Assembly (NCBI GenBank): GCA_944355355.1
Contig: CALVQE010000002.1
Coordinates: forward strand, 704 to 64,703
From: an uncultured Bacilli bacterium
GTDB lineage: Bacteria > Bacillota_I > Bacilli_A > RF39 > UBA660
Direction: 5' to 3'
Length of the DNA: 64,000 bases
Numbering within the stretch: position 1 is the stretch's first letter; each line of letters begins with the position of its first letter. This document shows positions 16,523 to 25,019 of the stretch, in pieces. The notes under the pieces are model-generated. The model was given only the letters and a program-made list of their open reading frames with translations. It made no database searches and had not been told where the DNA came from. Made by a program: the position numbers and the translations under genes.

Positions 16523-19236
16523 ATGTTTTGTCCCAATTGTGGTCAAAAATTGAATGGTGACGAGGGGTTTGTCCAAACTGTGGTTATGAGATGTCACAAA
16601 TTAAAAAAAAACTAACAGTCGCTGAGCAACTTGAGCAAAAAAATCCTCTAAAGCCAATTGCTTTAAAAATAAAATCAGGTATTCAATATAGTGTGAATTT
16701 TATAAAACAACATCAAAAAAGCTTCTGGATAAGTGTAAGCAGTTTAACAGTTTTCATTATAGCATTTATATTATTTCAAACACTATATGATTTTTCTAAA
16801 ATTCAGTGGGACGAAGAAGCTAAAGACTATAATGTTTCCTATACTGAAGGTGGAGTGCTTTCTCTTGCGGTCTTAGCCTATGATAAAAATGAAGAACCTA
16901 TCACCAACATATCTTTTGAAGTAACTGGAGGAAATATAGAGTTTGAAGGTACAAATGTCCAATGGACTTTACCTGTTGAAACGGGTACCTATACCATTAC
17001 CGCCAAAACGCCAAGTGGTAAAAAGATAACCAAAGAAGTGACCGTAATTCAAACATTAAAAGAGTCAAATTTAAATGGTGTGGTAGCTGAAGAGAGTAGT
17101 GACGAAACCGACAGTGATAACGATGGTTTAACAGATGGTAAAGAAAAAAGTATCGGTACAAATATCCATTCTGCAGACAGCGACCAAGATGGACTATTAG
17201 ATTCTTATGAAGTGCAAGAAAGTCTAACAAATCCATTAAAAGCAGACAGTGATAATGAAGGCTTAAACGATGGGGATGAACTTGCCTTGGGCTTAAATCC
17301 TTTACTAGAAGATTCCAATGGTGATGGTCAAAAAGATGGTCAAAGATCTTTAACATATCAAATTATTGATGAAAAAAGTGGCATTTCCCTAAACATAAAT
17401 GGCAAAGGAAATATTCCAAGCTCAACGATAGATGTTTATGAAAGTGATGCTTTTGATGAGACAAATGGCTTATTAAACACAGTATATAACTTTTATACGA
17501 GTGGAACCTTAGAAAGTGCCACGGTAGAAATTCCTTATTCTATAGAAAAAGTAAATGCTAAAGAATTAAATGAGGATAATTTAACATTATATTATTTTAA
17601 TGAAGAAACAAAAGCATTAGAGCCAGTAGAAACAACAGTGAACAAAACAAATCAAACAATTACGGCAACATTAAATCATTTTTCAAAATATTTAATCGGC
17701 GATTCTAATACGGTATTAAAATCTCAAAAAACAGATTTATTATTTGTCATTGATAATTCCGTTTCAATGTATACGGAAGAACAAATGATTGAAGCCGGGT
17801 ATAACAATAGTGTTGGAACCGAAGGAAACGATTCGACATTCAAAAGGTTAACATTAACAAATCAACTCATGGATATGTTAGGAAAAGGCTATTTGTTTGG
17901 AGCTGCTGAATTTTCGGGAAATTATGTAAACATTCAAAATTTTACAGAAAATATAACTACAGCCAAAGAAAAAGTAAACAGCATGAAAGCAAATTGGGAA
18001 AGCAATACCAATGGTACAGATATCATTGAAGCCCTAGAAAAAGGAATTGCCGAGTTTGAAGATACGGAAAACGCTCATTATTTAATGCTCTTAACCGATG
18101 GTAAAAATACATCTGGGTCTCTTAGTGCTAACCGTCAAAAAATCATTTCGGCGGCTCAAGAGGAAAATGTAAGTATTTGTATAATTGGTCTAGGTAGTAA
18201 AATCGATACAGAAGATTTGACGGCTATAGCCAATGAAACAGGGTGTGCTTATTATAATGCGAAAGACGCTAATGCTTTAGATGAAATCTATGCGACGATC
18301 GCTTCGAAAATAAACTATAATCTCGTTGATATTGATCAGGATGGTACAGTAGATGGTACCGTTATCGCAGACAGTGGGTTCCTCGCTAATCGTGATGGCT
18401 TTTCCTTTTCGAATTTCCGAAGTAGTAAATCTGCAAATGGACATTGCTACGGTATGGCTTTGTTTGCCCAACTTTATTATACAAAACAATTACCTACTTC
18501 TTTAGACGCTGTTCACAAACATACAATCTTCAAGCAGTTTGAACCAGCTAATGCCTATGATTTAACAGATACCTATTTTGAAACCTATCAAAACTTATAC
18601 GACTATGAAATGACAACAGAGGCAATGCGTTTTCTTTTTTATGAACGACCTAACGATTATCGTGATCGGGTAGAAAATGAAACGTTAATGATTAAACAAG
18701 AATATTACGATCTTCTAATGGATATCGGAGCATCAGTTTATGATGTGGATTATAATGGAGATGGTTATTCTAAATATCAAAGCGGTCAAATTAACTTAGA
18801 CAGTGATAAATTTTATGAAAATACAACCAAAGAAGAAAATCAGCTTTTAAATGCAATTTATCGTTTGTTTGTTCTTCAAGTAGATGATTCTCGTTTATCA
18901 TTTTCATCAGATCCTGACAAAACATATGCTACTCTTGTTGAAAAACTTGATCAAAATATTCCTATTTTAACCATTATTTATGGTGAACATGCTATAAATG
19001 CAACGAAACTCATTCAAGATAACGAAGATGCCAATCGCTTTTATATCGAAGTGTATGACAACAATGGTCCAGGAGAAACTAGATATATTGAGATGCAACG
19101 TTCTAAAATGAACAAGATTCAACTATCTTGGACCGCATGGACAAATGACTATTCGTATACATTTAAATACGATAGAGATAATGATGGTACTTTAGACGAA
19201 ATAAGTGTTCAATTATCTGAGCCAGAAATAGAGTAA
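16523..19236 (+). CDS. Double zinc-ribbon / TM / TSP3-like Ca-binding repeats / vWA / putative papain-like domain surface protein (apparent 1-nt frameshift at 16568-16570)
   Basis: ATG 16523 encodes MFCPNCGQKLNGDEGF. The ORF-track frame (from 16591) is already open at 16561 and reads ..CPNCGYEMSQ. One extra T in the TTT run restores a double zinc ribbon. Other motifs: DSDNDGLTDG / DSDQDGLLD / DSDNEGLNDGDE repeats, vWA MIDAS DNSVS and LLTDGKNTSG, and GHCYGMA...GEHAINA. Confidence 0.8.
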
Positions 19237-19321
19237 TACAAGCATAAATGCTTAAATAGGTAGAATGGATTTCAATAAAGAAAGAGAAAAACAACTTTTT
19301 CTTTTTTTTAATGTAAAATGA

Positions 19322-19374
19322 ACGAACAAATGTACATAACACCGTTGACACGAACAAATGTTTCTTGGTAAAAT
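19322..19374 (+). promoter_or_regulatory. Promoter flanked and overlapped by two LexA-box-like repeats
   Basis: ttgaca (19345-19350), 18-nt spacer, taaaat (19369-19374) with an upstream TGg. The direct repeat acgaacaaatgt occurs at 19322-19333 and 19350-19361. Each copy gives GAAC-N4-GT(A/T)(C/T), one mismatch from the Cheo-box core GAAC-N4-GTTC. Confidence 0.45.
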
Positions 19375-19398
19375 GTTATCAGAAAGAAGGTAGTGTAT

Positions 19399-19548
19399 AT
19401 GGAAAAATTTATTAAAAAGTATGGAGTTTTAATCTTGTTATATTTCACAATCTTTTGTGGAATAGTAATGTTAAACGCAAGATGTCGTTATTTAAATGAA
19501 CAAAGTGAAGTTGCAATGAAAATGGAGAGTGAATTTTTGCAAAATTAG
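19399..19548 (+). CDS. Small membrane peptide (49 aa), below the ORF-track cutoff
   Basis: RBS gaagg 7 nt upstream. MEKFIKKYGVLILLYFTIFCGIVMLNARCRYLNEQSEVAMKMESEFLQN has one TM helix. Confidence 0.4.
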   Translation: MEKFIKKYGVLILLYFTIFCGIVMLNARCRYLNEQSEVAMKMESEFLQN

Positions 19549-19609
19549 ATTTTACTAAAGCCTGATTTTTTGTTATACTTATACATGTAAGATAAGGGAG
19601 TGACTAAGA

Positions 19610-21589
19610 GTGAATCAAAATGATATTCGTGCAGTAAATGAACTAAAAGTATTAGCAATTGATACCATTAATAGAGCAGGTGGAGGAAGTCCAGGTATAT
19701 GCCTTTCTATGGCTCCTGTAATGTATACTTTATTTACTCGGGTTTTAAATATCTTTCCAAATAATGAGCGTTTTTTTAACCGTGATCGGGTAATTTTATC
19801 ATGTGGCCATATTACCCCATTATACTATGCAATGTGTCATATGGCTGGATTCCCCTTAAAAAAAGAAGACCTAATGAACTATCGTCGTTGTGGATCAAAT
19901 ACGCCAGGTACTCCTGAATATCACAATCCTGTATTTAGTGAAGCAACAACCGGATATGCTGGAGATGGTGTAGGAATGGCTGTAGGTATTGCTTTAGCAA
20001 GACGTTATACCGAAGCATTAATTAAAGAAGAAGATCCCCGCATAAATCTTTTAGACTTCACAACATATTGTTTTATTAGTGATGCTGATATTATGAGTGG
20101 AGCTAGTGAAGAAGCCTTCAGTTTTGCTGGAAGTGAAAAATTAAATCACTTAGTCTTTCTTTATGATTGCAACAAAATGAGTGCTGAAGGTTCATTAGAT
20201 GGTGTATTAGATACCGATATCGAAAAGAATTTTGCAAGCAAAGGATTTTATGTAGATTCCCTTAAAGATGCCACAAATATCAAAGAAATTGCTCGCACAA
20301 TCGAAGCGGCTAAAAAAGCAGATAGACCAGCTTTACTTGTATTTAGAACGATCATTGGCAAAGATTCCTTTAACGAAGGAAAAAGTATTTTACATTCTGG
20401 TGTCCTATCTTTAGATGATGTAAACAATTTAAAGAAAAAATACAATATCTTTTTGCCACCATTTGAAATTTCCAAAGATTCTTTACTTCATGTCAGTAAC
20501 GCGATAAGCGAAAGAACAACGAAAATGTATACCAAATGGAAAGATAGTTATGCTAGAGCTAAAAATATAAATAGTCCTAATTTGAATACTGTTTTAAATA
20601 TGCTTGAAAGTAACATGTTTGATCCAGGATTTGATTCTTCTAATTATAAAATCAATGATGGCTATCGTGAATCTCTAATTGAAACAAATTACAAAATCAT
20701 GAATTTAATTGCGCCTAAAACAAACCTGTTTTTAGGGGGAAGTGCTGGTTTAGGACTCGTCTGTCAAACTGGTCTAAACAATACCGATTATATGACTTCT
20801 AAAACGCCGAAAGGCCGCAATATAAGATTTGGACCTCGGGAAAGAGCCATGAGTCACATATTAAATGGTATGAGCATGCTAGGTTTACATGTTTATGGGT
20901 CGACTTTTTTGTGCTATGCAGATGAAATGAAATCAGGGCTTCGTCTTTCAGCAATAATGAATTTACCTGTAACCTACATATTCACCCATGATAGTTTGTA
21001 TCACAGTGAAGAATCAATGGTCAAAATACCGGTAGAAGAGCTAACTATGCTTCGTAGTATTCCAAACTTTACAGTTTACAGGCCTGCTGATATCGAAGAA
21101 GTGATGGGCAGTTGGGAAGCAATATTAAAGTTAAATAAACCGAGTGCTTTAGTTGTTAGTCGCAATAGTATACCGAAATTACCAGGTTCAAACCCTAAAG
21201 AAGTAATGAATGGAGCATACATTATTAAACCAGAAAAAGTCCATTTAGACGGTATTATTATTGCCACGGGTAGTGAAGTAGTAAGCGCTTTACAAATTGC
21301 CTTTGATTTAGAAAGAGTAGGAATAGATTTGCGCGTAGTATCCATGCCATCTATGGAACTGTTCTTGAGCATGGGGAATACCTATATCAAAACGATTTTA
21401 CCAGATGGTGTAAAAACAGCTGTCATAGAAGCTGGGGATCCATCTTTGTGGTACCGTTTTGCCACTAATGAAGAATACATTTTAGGAATCAACGACTTTG
21501 CCTACAACGGTATTCCAATCGAAGTTCTTCAAAAAATGAGTTATGATTATGATTCATTAAAACTAAAAATTGAATCTCTAATGAGATAA
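19610..21589 (+). CDS. tkt: Transketolase
   Basis: GTG start after aagggag. Full-length collinear resemblance to transketolases (GHITPLYY, TTGYAGDGVGMAVG, GPRERAM). Confidence 0.9.
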   Translation: MNQNDIRAVNELKVLAIDTINRAGGGSPGICLSMAPVMYTLFTRVLNIFPNNERFFNRDRVILSCGHITPLYYAMCHMAGFPLKKEDLMNYRRCGSNTPGTPEYHNPVFSEATTGYAGDGVGMAVGIALARRYTEALIKEEDPRINLLDFTTYCFISDADIMSGASEEAFSFAGSEKLNHLVFLYDCNKMSAEGSLDGVLDTDIEKNFASKGFYVDSLKDATNIKEIARTIEAAKKADRPALLVFRTIIGKDSFNEGKSILHSGVLSLDDVNNLKKKYNIFLPPFEISKDSLLHVSNAISERTTKMYTKWKDSYARAKNINSPNLNTVLNMLESNMFDPGFDSSNYKINDGYRESLIETNYKIMNLIAPKTNLFLGGSAGLGLVCQTGLNNTDYMTSKTPKGRNIRFGPRERAMSHILNGMSMLGLHVYGSTFLCYADEMKSGLRLSAIMNLPVTYIFTHDSLYHSEESMVKIPVEELTMLRSIPNFTVYRPADIEEVMGSWEAILKLNKPSALVVSRNSIPKLPGSNPKEVMNGAYIIKPEKVHLDGIIIATGSEVVSALQIAFDLERVGIDLRVVSMPSMELFLSMGNTYIKTILPDGVKTAVIEAGDPSLWYRFATNEEYILGINDFAYNGIPIEVLQKMSYDYDSLKLKIESLMR

Positions 21590-21649
21590 GACATAATTCG
21601 ACAAAAAGTATGCATTTTCTTTGCTATTCTATAAACGGATGGTGATTTA

Positions 21650-22075
21650 ATGCGTACTTTTTATTTATTTGAAATTAAAGAAGATTTAAAACAAATGCTT
21701 AAAAAGACTCCCTACGAACTATATAGAACGCTAGAAACAATATACTATGAAACCAATGAAGTAGAAGTGAGTTTTCTATTTCTAAAACAACTAATCACAC
21801 CTATAAGTATCAAACAATTAGATGTAGCCATATTTAAACGATTTAAAGACAACTACTTTTATACAAAATTTAAAAATGTCCATTGCATGCACGATGTTTA
21901 TCGCAAAGAAAATACCACTTTGAAATTGTATAAGACTTATTTAAAACTAGAAACAAATGTGATCAAACCTCGTTTCTTAGAAGAACTACAAAAAAATCAC
22001 AACTTATTTGTTTGTGATTTTGCTGAAAAAGACTACTTTTGGCTAGATTCATTAGAACCAATGGTAATCGGATGA
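21650..22075 (+). CDS. Hypothetical protein
   Basis: Clean ORF. No family confidently recognised. Confidence 0.5.
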   Translation: MRTFYLFEIKEDLKQMLKKTPYELYRTLETIYYETNEVEVSFLFLKQLITPISIKQLDVAIFKRFKDNYFYTKFKNVHCMHDVYRKENTTLKLYKTYLKLETNVIKPRFLEELQKNHNLFVCDFAEKDYFWLDSLEPMVIG

Positions 22076-23151
22076 TTTTTCTTTTCAAAAGCATAAGCAT
22101 TACCATGAGTAAGCATATCATAAAGCTGGCTAGAGACAAGCTCAAAAGAGTAAATTTTACTTGTCCTATCTATATGTGTCGGCAACTTGATCTCTTTGCG
22201 ATGTTTTTTTAAGTATTCTTGACCACGCTTTGAAAATCCTAATATATGAATATAAGAAATAGGAATATTAGAGTCAGATTTCCGTATACCTAAAAGGATG
22301 TGACACAACATACGAGCAAGGCGATTATATGTATAACGACTACTTTTACAACGCCAAATAAGATCAGAATAACTAGTAGCCATTAAAATTTCCTTTCGAA
22401 GCTTGTTTTCTAAACCTTCTGTAACATCTAAGTATTCCTCTAAATGTGCATCAGTGAGAATTCGGAATTTTAGAAGTTCAAATAATTTATCCTCATCAAT
22501 CGGTTTAATCTCCTGATATGCACAAGCCGGAAGATAAAAAGAGACATCTTCATTATTCTTTAGTTTTTCCCGAATATTGGAAGCCGAAATAATAGAATTT
22601 GTACTTTTCAAATCATGGAAATCACTTGTTCTTTTGATACACTCATAAGAAAGGGCAAAACGATGTTCTAAAATAGCTTTAATATAAGAAATGCCGAGTA
22701 AGTCATTAGGTGGAATAACATCTATCTCAGCTAAAGAAGTCGCTAAATTTTGAGGATAGCTCTTATTTTTTCTTTCTAGAAAAGTAAACTTGGGATCTAA
22801 TTGTTTTAGGGCAATACTCTCTAAACGTGCAATGTCTTTAGATTCACTACCAAAGATAATGGTTTGAGCTCCAATTGCATCTAATAAGTATGTACTTGCA
22901 TAAGCAAACTTGTCTGCCGACTGAGTACCGTAAAGGAGAGGTAACTCAATAACCAAGTCGACTTGATATTGTAAAGCGATTTTTATTTTGCTTTCTTTAG
23001 AAAGAAGACTAACTTGACCACGTTCTAAAAAGTAACCGTTCAAACATAAAATCAAAAGGCTATCCGGATATTTTTCTTTAATTTTTTGAATATGATAAAT
23101 GTGTCCATTATGAAATGGAGAATATTCACAAATAATACCAATGATTTTCAT
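22033..23151 (-). CDS. tmcAL: tRNA(Met) cytidine acetate ligase (YlbM/UPF0348 nucleotidyltransferase)
   Basis: MKIIGIICEYSPFHNGHIYHIQKIKE N-terminal HxGH nucleotidyltransferase motif. Sits in the ylbM-ylbN-rpmF neighbourhood. Confidence 0.85.
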   Translation of the reverse strand: MKIIGIICEYSPFHNGHIYHIQKIKEKYPDSLLILCLNGYFLERGQVSLLSKESKIKIALQYQVDLVIELPLLYGTQSADKFAYASTYLLDAIGAQTIIFGSESKDIARLESIALKQLDPKFTFLERKNKSYPQNLATSLAEIDVIPPNDLLGISYIKAILEHRFALSYECIKRTSDFHDLKSTNSIISASNIREKLKNNEDVSFYLPACAYQEIKPIDEDKLFELLKFRILTDAHLEEYLDVTEGLENKLRKEILMATSYSDLIWRCKSSRYTYNRLARMLCHILLGIRKSDSNIPISYIHILGFSKRGQEYLKKHRKEIKLPTHIDRTSKIYSFELVSSQLYDMLTHGNAYAFEKKNHPITIGSNESSQK

Positions 23152-23194
23152 TTACATCACCTGGCTTTATTTTACCATAGTTCAAATCTTTTCG

Positions 23195-23223
23195 TTGCTT
23201 AAATTTAAAAATCCCTTTATAAT
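23195..23223 (+). promoter_or_regulatory. Sigma-A-type promoter for yceD-rpmF
   Basis: ttgctt (23195-23200), 17-nt spacer, tataat (23218-23223). Confidence 0.5.
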
Positions 23224-23239
23224 GAAGATGGTGATTCAT

Positions 23240-23722
23240 ATGGATATTGATTTACAAAATGTCCCAATTCGTGATATGGAATATCATGGAAAAATAACTA
23301 TTCCGGAATCTTACTATCAAAAAATTGATATTGTTGGTATTTCACCTGTGGATGTAAAAATTTCCATAAAGAAAGATTTAAACCAAGAAGACAATTTACA
23401 TTTAGAAGCAAAAGGAAATTTGTTATTAGAAGACGCTCGGACTACAGAAACAGTTGAATACCCATTTCAAATCGATTTGACAGAGAAAATCAACGAAGAA
23501 AGTGAAATTTGTGGCCGATTTCTTGAAAAATCAAAAAATACACTTGATATTCTGGCCATTTTATGGGAAAATATTGTACTGGAAATCCCAATTAGTTATA
23601 CCTTAGCTGATGAGTTGCATCTAGAAGGCGAAGGGTACCAAGTAAGTGGGAAAAAGAGTGGAGAGAATATTGATCCAAGACTAGCTCCTTTATTGGAGTT
23701 GCTGGATAAAGAAAAGGAGTGA
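23240..23722 (+). CDS. yceD: DUF177 / YceD (YlbN) family protein
   Basis: Directly upstream of rpmF, the conserved pairing. Acidic ~160-aa protein. The ORF-track upstream extension overlaps the promoter, so ATG 23240 was chosen. Confidence 0.75.
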   Translation: MDIDLQNVPIRDMEYHGKITIPESYYQKIDIVGISPVDVKISIKKDLNQEDNLHLEAKGNLLLEDARTTETVEYPFQIDLTEKINEESEICGRFLEKSKNTLDILAILWENIVLEIPISYTLADELHLEGEGYQVSGKKSGENIDPRLAPLLELLDKEKE

Positions 23723-23726
23723 AACT

Positions 23727-23939
23727 ATGAAACTTAACCTTCAATTATTTGCAGTTCCTTTCAGAAGAACAAGTAAGACAAAAAAGAGAATGCGTCGTAC
23801 TCATTTGAAAAAAGAAGTAGGAGCAATTACTATTTGTCCAAAATGTGGAGAAGCATTAAGACCACATCGTGCATGTGCTAAATGTGGATACTATAAAAAT
23901 GAAGATGTTTTACATGTAGTTAAAGACGACGAAAAGTAA
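23727..23939 (+). CDS. rpmF: 50S ribosomal protein L32 with an 8-residue N-terminal extension
   Basis: AVPFRRTSKTKKRMRR...CPKCGE...CAKCGYY. Strong RBS aaaggagtg upstream of ATG 23727. The extension is MKLNLQLF. Confidence 0.9.
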   Translation: MKLNLQLFAVPFRRTSKTKKRMRRTHLKKEVGAITICPKCGEALRPHRACAKCGYYKNEDVLHVVKDDEK

Positions 23940-23951
23940 AACAAAAAAATC

Positions 23952-23980
23952 TTGCATTTTTGATTGTCTTGGTATATAAT
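23952..23980 (+). promoter_or_regulatory. Sigma-A-type promoter for the tRNA pair
   Basis: ttgcat (23952-23957), 17-nt spacer, tataat (23975-23980). Confidence 0.55.
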
Positions 23981-23998
23981 CAATATGCAAGAACCAAT

Positions 23999-24075
23999 GT
24001 ACCCATAGCTCAATTGGATAGAGCGTTAGACTACGGATCTAAAGGTTGGGGGTTCGACTCCCTCTGGGTACACCA
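23999..24075 (+). tRNA. tRNA-Arg (anticodon ACG)
   Basis: Hand-folded cloverleaf. Acceptor gtaccca / tgggtac, anticodon loop ctACGga, T-loop ttcgact, encoded CCA. Confidence 0.9.
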
Positions 24076-24127
24076 CTTATTATAACTGGCACCTTTTAAG
24101 GGAGTCAGCGTATACTATACTAAAGAC

Positions 24128-24204
24128 CGAGAAGTAGCACAATTTGGTAGTGCACTACATTTGGGATGTAGGGGTTGCAGGTTCAAATCCTGTCTTCTCG
24201 ACCA
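24128..24204 (+). tRNA. tRNA-Pro (anticodon UGG)
   Basis: Acceptor cgagaag / cttctcg, anticodon loop ttTGGga, T-loop ttcaaat, encoded CCA. Confidence 0.9.
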
Positions 24205-24241
24205 TTGTGAATTAAAATATATATTTTCGAATATATATTTC

Positions 24242-24295
24242 AGACTGTTGACAAAGGAAGTCTATTGTGATTTTCAAAAAACAGTCTTTTTTTTA
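24242..24295 (+). terminator. Hairpin plus T8 terminator after the tRNA genes
   Basis: agactgtt / aacagtct with a large loop, followed by a T8 run. Confidence 0.5.
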
Positions 24296-24322
24296 AGCTA
24301 TAAAAATGATATACTAACTAAC

Positions 24323-24371
24323 GAGAGACGTCATTCCGACCTTAAAATGACATTAAGTCTCTCTTTTTTTT
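24323..24371 (+). terminator. Second hairpin plus T8; its loop is complementary to the transposase leader
   Basis: gagagac(gtcatt..aatgac)..gtctctc followed by a T8 run. The loop ccgaccttaaaa (24336-24347) is the reverse complement of ttttaaggtcgg (24390-24401). Confidence 0.55.
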
Positions 24372-24409
24372 GAGATTATGCTATACTGTTTTTAAGGTCG
24401 GGATGAATA

Positions 24410-24922
24410 ATGGTAATGTCAAGAATTGGAAAAAGAAAAAATAAAATTATAAATAAAACATTAGAGGAATTAGTCCCACAAAATCATTTGGTGAGAAAAT
24501 TAGAAAACTGTATAGACTTCCGTTTTATTGAAGAAGAAGTAAAGCATTTATATAGTTCTATAGGAGCTCCTAGCATACCACCGGTGATATTATTTAAGAT
24601 GGCATTTATTAATATAATATTTGACATTCATTCTATGAGAAAAACTGCAGAAGAATGCCAAGTTAATGTGGCATATCGTTGGTTTTTACATTTGGAAATG
24701 GATGAAACTATTCCTAATTTTTCCACATTTAGTCAAAACTATCGAAGAAAATACCAAAAGGACGATATCTTTTATAAAATATTTGTAAAAATTTTAAAAC
24801 AAGCAGAAAAATATGGATTACTTGATTATGAAAGTATTTATATAGATAGCACACATCAAAAAGCGATAACTCGCCATGTATGGGAAGAATACAAGGAAAT
24901 CACTCGAGAAAATAGATACTAA
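24410..24922 (+). pseudogene. IS1182-family transposase remnant (N-terminal DUF772-type region, internally deleted and truncated)
   Basis: LVPQNHLVRKLENCIDF...PSIPPVILFKMAFINIIF...RKTAEECQVNVAYRWFL is typical of the IS1182/IS5 N-terminus. YIDSTHQKA (first DDE Asp region) runs straight into ITRHVWEEYKE and then a stop at 170 aa. Confidence 0.7.
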
Positions 24923-25019
24923 AAGTGTCAAAGATGGGAATAAAAGCATTTGCTAATATTTATATCTATGCTATAATTTTAAGTAGAGAGTGAAGGGTGT
25001 TGTAGAGAGGAGTTTAGAT

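Noticed and set aside
19237-19300. A terminator after the vWA gene (agaaaaa caac tttttct plus T-run).
   Set aside because: The stem is only a 7-bp all-A/T helix, too weak to call confidently. It is mentioned only as a possible operon end.
21650-22075. Assigning 21650-22075 as a SirA-like sporulation inhibitor of replication, because of its MRTFYLFEIKEDL N-terminus.
   Set aside because: The resemblance rests on a few residues recalled from memory. It cannot be supported without a profile search.
24161-24373. A 70-aa ORF starting inside tRNA-Pro.
   Set aside because: It overlaps the tRNA and runs through two terminator hairpins. There is no RBS. It is spurious.
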